From Ranitomeya imitator (Eukaryota), in NCBI RefSeq assembly GCF_032444005.1, contig NC_091283.1, positions 629,114,001 through 629,178,000 on the forward strand: a stretch of DNA of 64,000 nucleotides, given 5' to 3'. Numbering within the stretch: position 1 is the first letter of the stretch; every line of letters begins with the position of its first letter. Below are positions 12,950 to 25,776 of the stretch, piece by piece. The translations under genes and the position numbers were made by a program. The notes below the pieces were generated by a model. That model searched no databases and had not been told where the DNA came from. It saw nothing but the letters and a program-made list of their open reading frames with translations.

Positions 12950-15900
12950 TGATAAAATATGTTCGTAGGCATGTGTATTTGTGATATTTCACCCATAATC
13001 CTCATACAGAACAATAGATATACCCATATTCCTATCAGAAGTAGATGAAGTATGTTCCTGGGCATGTGTATTTGTGATATTTCACCCATAATCCCCATAC
13101 AGAACAATAGTTATACCCATATTCCTATCAGAAGTAGATGAAGTATGTTCCTGGGCATGTGTATTTGTGATATTTCACCCATAATCCCCATACAGAACAA
13201 TAATTATACCCATATTCCTATCAGAAGTAGATGAAGTATGTTCCTGGGCATGTGTATTTGTGATATTTCACCCATAATCCCCATACACAACAATAATTAT
13301 ACCCATATTCCTATCAGAAGTAGATGAAGTATGTTCCTGGGCATGTGTATTTGTGATATTTCACCCATAATCCCCATACAGAACAACAATTATACCCATA
13401 TTCCTATCAGAAGTAGATGAAATATGTTCCTGAGCATGTGTATTTGTGATATTTCACCCATAATCCCCATACAGATCAATAATTATACCCATATTCCTAT
13501 CAGAAGTAGATGAAGTATGTTCCTGGGCATGTGTATTTGTGATATTTCACCCATAATCCCCATACACAACAATAATTATACCCATATTCCTATCAGAAGT
13601 AGATGAAGTATGTTCCTGGGCATGTGTATTTGTGATATTTCACCCATAATCCCCATACAGAACAACAATTATACCCATATTCCTATCAGAAGTAGATGAA
13701 ATATGTTCCTGAGCATGTGTATTTGTGATATTTCACCCATAATCCCCATACAGAATAATAATTATACCCATATTCCTATCAGAAGTAGATGAAGTATGTT
13801 CCTGGGCATGTGTATTTGTGATATTTCACCCATAATCCCCATACAGATCAATAATTATACCCATATTCCTATCAGAAGTAGATGAAGTATGTTCCTGGGC
13901 ATGTGTATTTGTGATATTTCACCCATAATCCCCATACAGAACAATAATTATACTCATATTCCTATCAGAAGTAGATGAAGTATGTTCCTGAGCATGTGTA
14001 TTTGTGATATTTCACCCATAATCCCCATACAGAACAATAATTATACCCATATTCCTATCAGAAGTAGATGAAGTATGTTCCTGGGCATGTGTATTTGTGA
14101 TATTTCACCCATAATCCCCATACAGAACAATAATTATACTCATATTCCTATCAGAAGTAGATGAAGTATGTTCCTGGGCATGTGTATTTGTGATATTTCA
14201 CCCATAATCCCCATACAGAACAATAGTTATACCCATATTCCTATCAGAAGTAGATGAAGTATGTTCCTGGGCATGTGTATTTGTGATATTTCACCCATAA
14301 TCCCCATACAGAACAATAGTTATACCCATATTCCTATCAGAAGTAGATGAAATATGTTCCTCGGCATGTGTATTTGTGATATTTCACCCATAATCCCCAT
14401 ACAGAACAATAATTATACCCATATTCCTATCAGAAGTAGATGAAGTATGTTCCTGGGCATGTGTATTTGTGATATTTCACCCATAATCCAAATACAGAAC
14501 AATAATGATACTCATATTCCTATCAGAAGTAGATGAAGTATGTTCCTGAGCATGTGTATTTGTGATATTTCACCCATAATCCCCATACAGAACAATAATT
14601 ATACCCATTTTCCTATCAGAAGTAGATGAAGTATGTTCCTGGGCATGTGTATTTGTGATATTTCACCCATAATCCCCATACAGAACAATAATTATACCCA
14701 TATTCCTATCAGAAGTAGATGAAGTATGTTCCTGGGCACGTGTATTTGTGATATTTCACCCATAATCCCCATACAGAACAATAGTTATACCCATATTCCT
14801 ATCAGAAGTAGATGAAGTATGTTCCTGAGCATGTGTATTTGTGATATTTCACCCATAATCCCCATACAGAACAATAGTTATACCCATATTCCTATCAGAA
14901 GTAGATGAAGTAACATAGTAACATAGTAACATAGTTAGTAAGGCCGAAAAAAGACATTTGTCCATCCAGTTCAGCCTATATTCCATCATAATAAATACCA
15001 AGATCTACGTCCTTCTACAGAACCTAATAATTGTATGATACAATATTGTTCTGCTCCAGGAAGACATCCAGGCCTCTCTTGAACCCCTCGACTGAGTTCG
15101 CCATCACCACCTCCTCAGGCAAGCAATTCCAGATTCTCACTGCCCTAACAGTAAAGAATCCTCTTCTATGTTGGTGGAAAAACCTTCTCTCCTCCAGACG
15201 CAAAGAATGCCCCCTTGTGCCCGTCACCTTCCTTGGTATAAACAGATCCTCAGCGAGATATTTGTATTGTCCCCTTATATACTTATACATGGTTATTAGA
15301 TCGCCCCTCAGTCGTCTTTTTTCTAGACTAAATAATCCTAATTTCGCTAATCTATCTGGGTATTGTAGTTCTCCCATCCCCTTTATTAATTTTGTTGCCC
15401 TCCTTTGTACTCTCTCTAGTTCCATTCTATCCTTCCTGAACACCGGTGCCCAAAACTGGACACAGTACTCCATGTGCGGTCTAACTAGGGATTTGTACAG
15501 AGGCAGTATAATGCTCTCATCATGTGTATCCAGACCTCTTTTAATGCACCCCATGATCCTGTTTGCCTTGGCAGCTGCTGCCTGGCACTGGCTGCTCCAG
15601 GTAAGTTTATCATTAACTAGGATCCCCAAGTCCTTCTCCCTGTCAGATTTACCCAGTGGTTTCCCATTCAGTGTGTAATGGTGACATTGATTCCTTCTTC
15701 CCATGTGTATAACCTTACATTTATCATTGTTAAACCTCATCTGCCACCTTTCAGCCCAAGTTTCCAACTTATCCAGATCCATCTGTAGCAGAATACTATC
15801 TTCTCTTGTATTAACTGCTTTACATAGTTTTGTATCATCTGCAAATATCGATATTTTACTGTGTAAACCTTCTACCAGATCATTAATGAATATGTTGAAG

Positions 15901-17688
15901 AGAACAGGTCCCAATACTGACCCCTGCGGTACCCCACTGGTCACAGCAACCCAGTTAGAGACTATACCATTTATAACCACCCTCTGCTTTCTATCACTAA
16001 GCCAGTTACTAACCCATTTACACACATTTTCCCCCAGACCAAGCATTCTCATTTTGTGTACCAACCTCTTGTGCGGCACGGTATCAAACGCTTTGGAAAA
16101 ATCGAGATATACCACGTTCCTGGTATGTTCCTGGGCATGTGTATTTGTGATATTTCACCCATAATCCCCATACAGAACAATAGTTATACCCATATTCCTA
16201 TCAGAAGTAGATGAAATATGTTCCTGGGCATGTGTATTTGTGATATTTCACCCATAATCCCCATACAGAACAATAGATATACCCATATTCCTATCAGAAG
16301 TAGATGAAGTATGTTCCTGGGCATGTGTATTTGTGATATTTCACCCATAATCCCCATACAGAACAATAGTTATACCCATATTCCTATCAGAAGTACATGA
16401 AGTATGTTCCTGGACATGTGTATTTGTGATATTTCACCCATAATCCCCATACAGAACAATAGATATACCCATATTCCTATCAGAAGTAGATGAAGTATGT
16501 TCCTGAACATGTGTATTTGTGATATTTCACCCATAATCCCCATACAGAACAATAATTATACCCATATTCCTATCAGAAGTAGATGAAGTATGTTCCTGGG
16601 CATGTGTATTTGTGATATTTCACCCATAATCCCCATACAGAACAATAGTTATACCCATATTCCTATCAGAAGTAGATGAAGTATGTTCCTGAGCATGTGT
16701 ATTTGTGATATTTCACCCATAATCCCCATACAGAACAATAGTTATACCCATATTCCTATCAGAAGTAGATGAAGTATGTTCCTGGGCATGTGTATTTGTG
16801 ATATTTCACCCATAATCCCCATACAGAACAATAGTTATATCCATATTCCTATCAGAAGTAGATGAAATATGTTCCTGGGCATGTGTATTTGTGATATTTC
16901 ACCCATAATCCCCATACAGAACAATAGATATACCCATATTCCTATCAGAAGTAGATGAAGTATGTTCCTGGACATGTGTATTTGTGATATTTCACCCATA
17001 ATCCCCATACAGAACAATAGTTATACCCATATTCCTATCAGAAGTAGATGAAGTATGTTCCTGGGCATGTGTATTTGTGATATTTCACCCATAATCCCCA
17101 TACAGAACAATAATTATACCCATATTCCTATCAGAAGTAGATGAAGTATGTTCCTGGGCATGTGTATTTGTGATATTTCACCCATAATCCCCATACAGAA
17201 CAATAGATATACCCATATTCCTATCAGAAGTAGATGAAGTATGTTCCTGAGCATGTGTATTTGTGATATTTCACCCATAATCCCCATACAGAACAATAGA
17301 TATACCCATATTCCTATCAGAAGTAGATGCAGTATGTTCCTGAGCATGTGTATTTGTGATATTTCACCCATAATCCCCATACAGAACAATAGATATACCC
17401 ATATTCCTATCAGAAGTAGATGCAGTATGTTCCTGGGCATGTGTATTTGTGATATTTCACCCATAATCCCCATACAGAACAATAATTATACCCATATTCC
17501 TATCAGAAGTAGATGAAGTATGTTCCTGAGCATGTGTATTTGTGATATTTCACCCATAATCCCCATACAGAACAATAATTATACCCATATTCATATCAGA
17601 AGTAGATTAATTATGTTCCTGGGCATGTGTATTTGTGATATTTCACCCATAATCCCCATACAGAACAATAGTTATACCCATATTCCCT
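12950..17688 (-). repeat. 93-bp satellite A in reverse orientation, interrupted by CR1 at 14911-16115
   Basis: Reverse complement of the 3265-8900 unit; decays toward about 12820. Confidence 0.96.
14911..16115 (-). mobile_element. 5'-truncated CR1-clade LINE (C-terminal RT plus 3' UTR)
   Basis: ORF 15024-16115 contains YLDFSKAFDTVPH, GVPQGSVLGP and FADDTKL; 8-bp tandem tail (TAACATAG)3 at 14911-14934. Confidence 0.92.
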
Positions 17689-17735
17689 TCTTGCTATATT
17701 ACAAGAAGTCATTTCCTGGGCTGCATTTGTAAAAT

Positions 17736-17770
17736 GTGCTGCCATCTAGTGGTGGAGTCTAGTATTGCAG
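17736..17770 (-). promoter_or_regulatory. Candidate CTCF site with upstream motif
   Basis: Minus strand reads CTGCAATACTAGACTCCACCACTAGATGGCAGCAC: core CCACTAGATGGCAG plus a TGCAATA-type upstream module. Motif match only. Confidence 0.55.
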
Positions 17771-18199
17771 CCCATCATCCCAATATGCAGTTTAGTCTGT
17801 CCCCGAATATTGCTGTGGATTCGGTGCAGGTTTCATCCTATTCTTTGCAAGGGGTGAAATCAAAGCTGAAATCTACAGGAAACCAGTGACAGGCTGAATA
17901 TAAAAAATCCACACGGTGCCAAGTTTTGTGCAGACATTTTTCTGCAGAGTGTGGAAGCCATCTACTGTGCTGGTCCTGTACTATGCAGCACCCACTCAGA
18001 ACGTCTCTCCTGGATGGAAGACACTCAGGCTTTCCTACTCTGAACTAATAGAAGCCCCCTAGACATAAACCCAATCAGCACACACAGCCCTGCAGCAGGA
18101 GGTGTCGGCCAGCTGCCCCTATAGCAGGACACAGGGGACAATGTGGGCAAAGACAAGACGTACTGTCAGCAGACTGCAGGCACCACTGCTCACCAACCA

Positions 18200-18337
18200 G
18201 CTCACCCGGAAGTAATGTAGCTCAAGGACCTGGGACGATGTCAACGTCATGTGACCAGTCACGTGTGCGGGAGGAGTCGCCCTCCTCCACCGTCCTGGTG
18301 CCCGGAGACGCATGAGGAGGATTACTTCCTGGTGAGT
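18200..18337 (+). promoter_or_regulatory. Candidate CpG-rich promoter / non-coding first exon ending in a splice donor
   Basis: ETS motif CCGGAAGT at 18206-13, E-box CACGTG at 18260-65, local CpG richness, donor CTG|GTGAGT at 18331/32. Confidence 0.4.
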
Positions 18338-18544
18338 CAGTTGCTGCTCATTGCGAGTGGGTGTTAGTCAGTTGTGTGATTTTGCGTGGCGTTTCCAAAC
18401 AGAGATTCTTCCTTTTGCTCCTCCATAAAGTCCTGAGCCTGCAGTGTACACTGCAGCCATACTGCTTAGCGGAGCTGTGCTTATATTCTCGGGAAGAGGC
18501 TGCTCCCTAGCAAGAATATGTTTATGTATATTATCCGTGCTTGC

Positions 18545-19370
18545 TCCCTCTCCACGTACAAGACCCCTCTGCTCCCCCTCCCATGTACTAGACCCCTCTG
18601 CTCCCCCTCCCATGTACAAGACCCCTCTGCTCCCCCTCCCACGTACAAGACCCCTCTGCTCCACCTCCCATGTGCAAGACCCCTCTGCTCCTCCTCCCAT
18701 GTGCAAGACCCCTCTGCTCCTCCTCCCACGTACAAGACCCCTCTGCTCCACCTCCCATGTGCAAGACCCCTCTGCTCCTCCTCCCACGTACAAGACCCCT
18801 CTGCTCCACCTCCCATGTGCAAGACCCCTCTGCTCCTCCTCCCATGTACTAGACCCCTCTGCTCCCCCTCCCATGTACAAGACCCCTCTGCTCCCCCTCC
18901 CATGTACAAGACCCCTCTGCTCCCCCTCCCATGTACAAGACCCCTCTGCTCCCCCTCCCATGTACTAGACCCCTCTGCTCCCCCTCCCATGTGCAAGACC
19001 CCTCTGCTCCCCCTCCCATGTGCAAGACCCCTCTGCTCCCCCTCCCATGTGCAAGACCCCTCTGCTCCCCCTCCCATGTGCAAGACCCCTCTGCTCCCCC
19101 TCCCATGTGCAAGACCCCTCTGCTCCCCCTCCCATGTACAAGACCCCTCTGCTCCCCCTCCCATGTACTAGACCCCTCTGCTCCCCCTCCCATGTACAAG
19201 ACCCCTCTGCTCCCCCTCCCATGTGCAAGACCCCTCTGCTCCCCCTCCCATGTGCAAGACCCCTCTGCTCCCCCTCCCATGTGCAAGACCCCTCTGCTCC
19301 CCCTCCCATGTGCAAGATCCCTCTGCTTCCTCTCCCATGTGCAAGACCCCTCTGCTCCCCCTCCCATGTG
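18545..19370 (+). repeat. 29-bp C-rich minisatellite, part 1
   Basis: Unit CAAGACCCCTCTGCTCCCCCTCCCATGT(A/G). Confidence 0.95.
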
Positions 19371-20695
19371 TAAGAAAATCCCGAAGAGCATTATCGGTGG
19401 TGGAGACCAATAATATCTAAACTGAACGTGTGTGTATGTAAAACCACACACTGTTCTATTCCTGTCCAGTATACCACCACCTCTGCCTGGACCAAAGGAC
19501 AACTGCAATATGTACCAAATACAACAGAAAAAGAGCACCAAGCAGTCATGAAGTCCGAATAACAATAATTTTATTAAATCACAACATTATTAAAACCAGA
19601 CAAAAGATACATAATAGGGCTAAAAAGATGACACTAGGGGGTCACCCGCAACATACAGAGCCCAAGGCAGGGTGTCAACCTAACACAAAGACAATGCTAG
19701 CATACAGGGAACAGTACTAGATATAATAGCGTGGCCACATGTAACAAGAGAATACCTTTGGCCACAGTCCAAAAACGCTGTATAAAGACAAAATGTCCCT
19801 AAGCTCCAATGAGCCATGCACGTTACCTGATGCAGTTGGTCAGTAATGAAGGGACACCCGACCACCCCGACGCGCGTTTCGGTGTGTTACCTTCCTCAGG
19901 GGGCGCATAGGCAGACAGGGGGCTGAACCGCATAAATAGGGTCCCGAGGATAGGGCGGCGCAGCTGTGTGCAATAGCACTTCCGCTCAGCCTCAGTGAGC
20001 CGGGCGCGAGACGACCGGAAGTACGTGGGGCCCCACGTGACCAGGAAGTCCGCGCACGGTCAACAGAGAGTCGGCGGTAAAAAGAGCGCAAGCGCACATG
20101 TAATATGCGGCAAGTTACGCCATATTAGTGAAGGGCAACATACGGGCAAAGGGGAGCGGACGCCAAGCTAATGAAGGTAAAAAATAAATATACCAGGCGC
20201 CATCTAGCGATGCATCACAGTAGGCAGTTGCCGCACTGCCTATATAAGTAAAGATATAGATATGGATATACAAACACAATATGAGTATATAGGGGACTAA
20301 TTGGAAAGTATGATCCATAGTATAACCTATAGGTGTACATAATAACTAGAGAACCCATCGCCTCCACCAACATCCACAATATGTACAGTATAAAACAGAT
20401 GTATAAATATAATTAACGCATGTACAGATATACAATAATTTGGAAGGGATACATTCTCTAGTAGTAATGATCACTCATAACACCTGGTCACACATTCACA
20501 TAATTAATGAAATATGCCCCCCATATTAAGTATGCATCCAAGAACCGCGATATGCAAGATGGAGTTCTTCCTCTGCTCCAGAATTCTAACAAGTTCCCGA
20601 CAGTTGCCACCACCATATCCCTTCAAAGGAAAACCTAAGATTAAAGAACGAAAAAAGAAAAATTTAAACCCATATAAAAACATATACAATGGGGG
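19371..20695 (-). mobile_element. Solo Penelope-like pLTR inserted in the 29-bp minisatellite
   Basis: Contains a canonical hammerhead (19865-19903), a CpG-rich promoter-like segment (19940-20230) and an AT-rich tail with AATAAA on the minus strand; flanked by minisatellite on both sides. Confidence 0.65.
19865..19903 (-). ncRNA. Minimal type I hammerhead ribozyme
   Basis: CCCC-CUGAGGA-A-GGU(AACAC)ACC-GAA-ACGCGCGU-C-GGGG: intact core, palindromic stem III, GUC cleavage site. Confidence 0.8.
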
Positions 20696-20813
20696 CGCAA
20701 GACCCCTCTGCTCCCCCTCCCATGTACAAGACCCCTCTGCTCCTCCTCCCATGAACAAGATCCCTCTGCTTCCCCCACCCATGAGTAAGGCCCTTGTGCT
20801 TCCCCACCCATGA
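20696..20813 (+). repeat. 29-bp minisatellite, part 2
   Basis: Same unit; ends in CACCCATGA, the left TSD copy of the outer palindrome. Confidence 0.9.
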
Positions 20814-20984
20814 GGGACGTACTAAAAAGAATGAAGAAAAGGAATAAATAAAAAGAATGAACATAATAACTTATAGGTCCAAAGAGATGGAGAGAAGTTA
20901 TAGATTTCTTATGCATCTTGGATATGAACTGAACATAAATTATATGTAAAAAAAATTAGGAAATCAACATAGATCCCGTAAAAA

Positions 20985-21430
20985 AAGGTGTATATTATAT
21001 TCCCTGAGCTTTATAGGTGGGCAATGAACATGGAATATATGTAGATAATAGGAGAATGAACACAGATCCCATATAAACAGGTGTATAATATATTCCCTGA
21101 GCCTGATAGGTGGGGAATGAAGATGAAATATATGTAGATAATAGAAGAATGAACACATATCCCATATAAACAGGTGTATATTATATTCCCTGAGCTTTAT
21201 ATGTGGGGAATGAAGATGAAATATATGTAGAGAATAGGAGAATGAACACATATCCCATATAAACAGGTGTATATTATACTCCCTGATCCTGATTAGTGGG
21301 GAATGAACATGAAATATATGTAGAGAATAGGATAATGAACACATATCCCATATAAACAGGTGTATATTATATTCCCTGAGCCTGATAGGTGGGGAATGAA
21401 CATGAAATATATGTAGATAATAGAGGAATG
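20985..21430 (-). repeat. 93-bp satellite B, left of the young PLE insertion
   Basis: Unit TCCCTGAGCCTGATAGGTGGGGAATGAACATGAAATATATGTAGATAATAGGAGAATGAACACATATCCCATATAAACAGGTGTATATTATAT on the + strand. Confidence 0.95.
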
Positions 21431-21964
21431 GGACAAACGAAAAGAGAAAGGGTAGACTAAAAATAGTATGCACAACCCAAAATATAGAGACAATCGGTAG
21501 TACTATAAAGCAAAACACCTTTATTAAACACCTCAAAAAACATGTTAAAAACATTTAAAAACAAATGTACAAATCCCTATACCCATCATATCCCATAATA
21601 AATGACAATCCCATAATACAATAGGAAAACAGTAATATCCTACCCTAGATGCACCTAGTCACATATGCTCTCCTGCAAAAATGTGCCTATACAGGCCGCA
21701 AAGGACTCGACCACAATATGTCAGTATCCACTGCTAATAACCAAAAAATGAAACATCCATGCAATACATGGTCCTGAGATTGGAATGTGATAGCATGCTA
21801 TATAACAGCTGTGGATACAACCTGTCCTGCGTCAATTCTGGTATATGGAGATGCAGCAATGTCAAAGGGCACAGAGCACCACAAGGGTTAAATCCACATA
21901 GAGCCAGGGAACATAACAGCCCCAAAATGGCCCTGAGGTAGGAGAAGGATAAGGTGGGAGCGCA

Positions 21965-22002
21965 CCCCACGCGTATCGCTGCCTCCGCAGCTTCGTCAGG
22001 GG
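21965..22002 (-). ncRNA. Non-canonical hammerhead-like motif in pLTR (left copy)
   Basis: Mirror of 32322-32359. Confidence 0.5.
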
Positions 22003-23250
22003 AAGTGAAACTAAAGGTGCAACAGTGTGTGCTTAAATAATAAATCCAATAAGGTAAATTGCATACCGGTGTGGGAGAGAGAGAGAGAGGTAAAAGCCGG
22101 AAGACGCCGGCGACGCCATGACGACAGGAACACAATCATAATGAACGGCAATCCTAGAGCGTCCAAAGGGTCACATGCGCACGCGCAAACCGCGGTATTC
22201 CATAGGACCACGTTGCGCACGCGCCGTGCCAGCCGGCTAGATGGACACGTCATAGGACACAGGGCAAAGAGAAATGGAATAAAGCCCGAGGACCGGACTA
22301 AGCTAGCGAGGCCGGCTAGATGGACACATCATGGGACACAGAGCAGAGGGGGTGGGATAAGGACCAAAAAGCCAGAGAGGGGGGAAGGGAGGGGAAAAAA
22401 AAAAAAAAACACAACAGGTAAAAAGAGGGCAGAGTGTGCATGTTGCAGCAAGACACAGAGGCACAAGATATCCACCCGCAGAATGCCGGGAGATATCACA
22501 ATCATAGACATATACTAGTGATTAAAGGCAAAACCGCCAAAGGACACAAAAAGACAGGGCATATAAAGCCACCCAGAAAACCTGAAAGGGAGAAAGGAAT
22601 ATTATTATTGTTGGCAAGTGCACAGGTATAAGTGCACGTAAACACCTATACAGCAACCATATACAGTATGTAACAATATCAGGCAAAAAACACACACATA
22701 TATAAATATAAACAGACTGATGTCCCTTGAGTCCGTAAGTATATGTACGAGTATTCTCTCAATGCCGCTATGTAGACGTTTCCGGTCCCCAGCTTATAGT
22801 CCCATAGTCGATGAGGCCGACACCATCCAGATCTATACGAGAGAAAGCACTCTTCATCACAAGCCCCTTCCGACTTGCCAATCTCAAATGCGCATCCGAG
22901 CCCATAGTCCATAATAGGAGTTTGCCATAAAATCCGCATTGTAGCTGTGAGAGCAAAATCTCTTCTGCATAAGATGTCCTTCCATTTGCCATAATGGCAT
23001 GCCGCACATCCACCCTCCAGGGTCCACTTCATTATCTAATGTGTCAAAGACCTCTGCATCCATGTTGGTCCCCACAGTAAGCTTGTAATATCCATATCCC
23101 AATTTCCAGGGATGATCATCACCCTTTTGGGTGCGTCCTCAGCCTTCCTGAATGGAGACAAATGCAAAATTAGATATGGGCACCAAATCTGAAGGGAACC
23201 AAATCAGACGTCCCAGAAACTAAAAATACCCCAATGAATCTACGCGCCAA

Positions 23251-25776
23251 CTATCCTAGGAACCCCGTGAAGAGCAATTCCTCATTTAGGCCCATGGGTG
23301 CGACCGCCTGAAGATCGAAAATCCACCTGGACTCAGCACGCAAGAGATAGTTAGATATATTGCCACCCCTTTCGCCACAGGAAACCCTCTGTAACCCCAC
23401 AACTTGCAAATCAATGGGCGAACCCCTATGTTTCAGCAAGAAATGCGCCGCCACAGGAGTCAAGATTTTACCTTTGCCTTGGTCCGTAGCCGCCAGGCGT
23501 ATGGTTGATACGTGTTTTTGAAACCTCTTACGTAGTTCTTGGGATGTTTGCCCTACATAGATCATATTACAAGGGCAAATTAGCACATAAATAACATTTC
23601 TGCTCCTGCAGTTGATGTAAGCCTTTAACGCATGTCTGCTGGAGTTCGTGGGGTGTGTAAATATGTCCCGGGTGGGCGTCATAAAGGGGCAGACATTACA
23701 TTCCCCACAGGGGAATGATCCCTTGAGGACAATACCCCTATTAAGTTTGACCGTGGGCCTAGAAAAATGGCTCCTGGTCAACAACTGCCTCAGATTCGGG
23801 GCTCTTCTAGATGTCAATAACGGCCTATTGCTGATGACTTGTGTGGTTTGCATATCTGTTTGCAAGATCGGCCAATGTCTAGTGAGGATGTGTCTTACCT
23901 GCCCCCAGCTGTCATTATAGTCCGTGATGAACCTCGTCTGCGATTCTCGGGAACGACCCACAGGAATCAAAAGTGAGGCCTGATCATGTTGTCTTGCTTG
24001 CTGGAAAGCCGTGGCAACCACTCGTTTGGGATAACTCCTCTGTCTGAAGCGGTCCGTCAGATCCCGAGCTTGCATCAGAAAGTCTTGATCCCGAGTGCAA
24101 TTACGTCTAATGCGTAAAAATTGTCCCGTCGGGACGCCCACCTTCGTGTGCCAAGGGTGAAAACTGTTGAACTCCAAAAGAGCGTTAGTAGCAGTGGGCT
24201 TCCGGAAAAGGTCCGTGACCAGCTTGTTCCCTTGTACGAAAATTCTCAGATCCAGAAAGCTAGTCGAACTGTTGGAAATAGAGTGGGTTAAAAAGATATT
24301 ATGGGGGTTGGAATTGAGGCTGTGGATGAAATCAGTACAACCCTCCCTGCTGCCCGACCAAATAAAGAATAAGTCATCGATATAGCGATGCCAATTCCGG
24401 ACATGATGTTGATATGCCAGGGATGGGTACACAAACACCTCCTCCCACCAACCTAAGAAGATGTTTGCGTAGGTTGGTGCACATTTCGCCCCCATTGCCA
24501 CTCCAGCTGTCTGTAAATAAAATGTTCTGTCAAACAAAAAATAGTTGTGATGAAGAACAAATTTCAGCAGATCCAACAGAAAAGAATCATGCCCCCGATC
24601 TGAGTGTGACAGTTTGTCTAGGCAAAAAGTAACCGCATGCAGGCCATCACTATGCTTGATGTTGGAGTACAAAGACTCCACATCACAAGTTACCAGGTAG
24701 AATTCTCCCGGCAGTTCTATCCGTCCACAGACCTCAATAAAATGGGCAGAATCCCTTATAAAGGAGGGCAAGGCCGTGACTATTGGCTGGAAGAAGAAGT
24801 CCAAATACTCACTTGCCCGCTCGCAGATACTCCCAATGCTAGAAACAATCGGCCTTCCTGGTGGTTTCTTCTCGTCTTTATGTATCTTCGGCAACATATA
24901 AAATGTTGCCGTGACCGGATGTTCCACCCATAAATATTTTTTCTCTTGGGGCGAGATAATGCCGAAACTTAGCGTCCTGCAGAGTAAAGAGTCAAATTTA
25001 GACGCAAACACTGCCGTGGGATCTGAAGGTAATTTTTGATAGCATCTGGGGTTAGTGAGCTGTCTATTGGCCTCCTCTAAATATGCTTCAATTGACCACA
25101 GCACCACATTGCCCCCCTTATCCGCCTCTTTAATCACAAATTCCTTGTTGCTTTGTAAGTCCCGCAAGGCCCGTTTTTCGGCAAGATTAAGGTTAGAGGA
25201 TCTACCCACCTGTGTTGGCATTGCCAGAATGTCTCGTTTCACCAGCTCAAAGAATATCTTGATTGCGGGTACCAAGGAAAAGGAAGGCGTTTTAAGGGAT
25301 CTATTTCTGCCAGGGAACTTTCTTCTGGTACACCCTGATTCGTTCTCCTCCAGTAGGGCTAGTAGATCTTGAAAGGCTTGGCGCTCATCCTCAGGTATTG
25401 ATTGTAGAATATCCGGTTTTTTGTAGATAACCTGAAATGTGAGGTTCCTACAAAACAAATAGAGGTCCTTAACTAAAGTAAATTTGTCGGCCGTATGTGT
25501 GGGAGCAAAAGTTAAACCCCTCTTCAGGACGGCAAGTTCCACCGCAGTAAGTTCATATTTAGAAAGATTTATTACCTGGAGGGTGGATGTAGAGGCTCCA
25601 GAGGTCTGTTCCGTATCAGGGGGGGAGGAGGCTTGATTTATTTCCGTCTGGTTGAGTATTTGTGGGGGTAAGTCGGATTGTGGTCCCTGTGGCGCGTTAT
25701 GCGTTTTCTTGTTCCCCCTCCGTCTCCTCCCACGCCTGGTCCGTGGTCTACCTCGCTTCCGGTGGAAGATAAAAAA
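23251..25776 (-). CDS. PLE reverse transcriptase + GIY-YIG endonuclease (left copy)
   Basis: Frame is open from the slippery site at 25770-76 to the stop at 23251; translation identical to the right copy. Confidence 0.93.
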   Translation of the reverse strand, partial: FFIFHRKRGRPRTRRGRRRRGNKKTHNAPQGPQSDLPPQILNQTEINQASSPPDTEQTSGASTSTLQVINLSKYELTAVELAVLKRGLTFAPTHTADKFTLVKDLYLFCRNLTFQVIYKKPDILQSIPEDERQAFQDLLALLEENESGCTRRKFPGRNRSLKTPSFSLVPAIKIFFELVKRDILAMPTQVGRSSNLNLAEKRALRDLQSNKEFVIKEADKGGNVVLWSIEAYLEEANRQLTNPRCYQKLPSDPTAVFASKFDSLLCRTLSFGIISPQEKKYLWVEHPVTATFYMLPKIHKDEKKPPGRPIVSSIGSICERASEYLDFFFQPIVTALPSFIRDSAHFIEVCGRIELPGEFYLVTCDVESLYSNIKHSDGLHAVTFCLDKLSHSDRGHDSFLLDLLKFVLHHNYFLFDRTFYLQTAGVAMGAKCAPTYANIFLGWWEEVFVYPSLAYQHHVRNWHRYIDDLFFIWSGSREGCTDFIHSLNSNPHNIFLTHSISNSSTSFLDLRIFVQGNKLVTDLFRKPTATNALLEFNSFHPWHTKVGVPTGQFLRIRRNCTRDQDFLMQARDLTDRFRQRSYPKRVVATAFQQARQHDQASLLIPVGRSRESQTRFITDYNDSWGQVRHILTRHWPILQTDMQTTQVISNRPLLTSRRAPNLRQLLTRSHFSRPTVKLNRGIVLKGSFPCGECNVCPFMTPTRDIFTHPTNSSRHALKAYINCRSRNVIYVLICPCNMIYVGQTSQELRKRFQKHVSTIRLAATDQGKGKILTPVAAHFLLKHRGSPIDLQVVGLQRVSCGERGGNISNYLLRAESRWIFDLQAVAPMGLNEELLFTGFLG

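Noticed and set aside
15031-16164. 215-aa and 153-aa + strand ORFs
   Set aside because: Antisense shadows of the CR1 RT frame; the same applies to 10103-10552 and 46199-46816 over Tc1 transposases.
18368-19565. Gly/Glu-rich and Pro-rich ORFs, also at 41066-43159
   Set aside because: Translations of the 29-bp minisatellite (29-aa period = 3 units).
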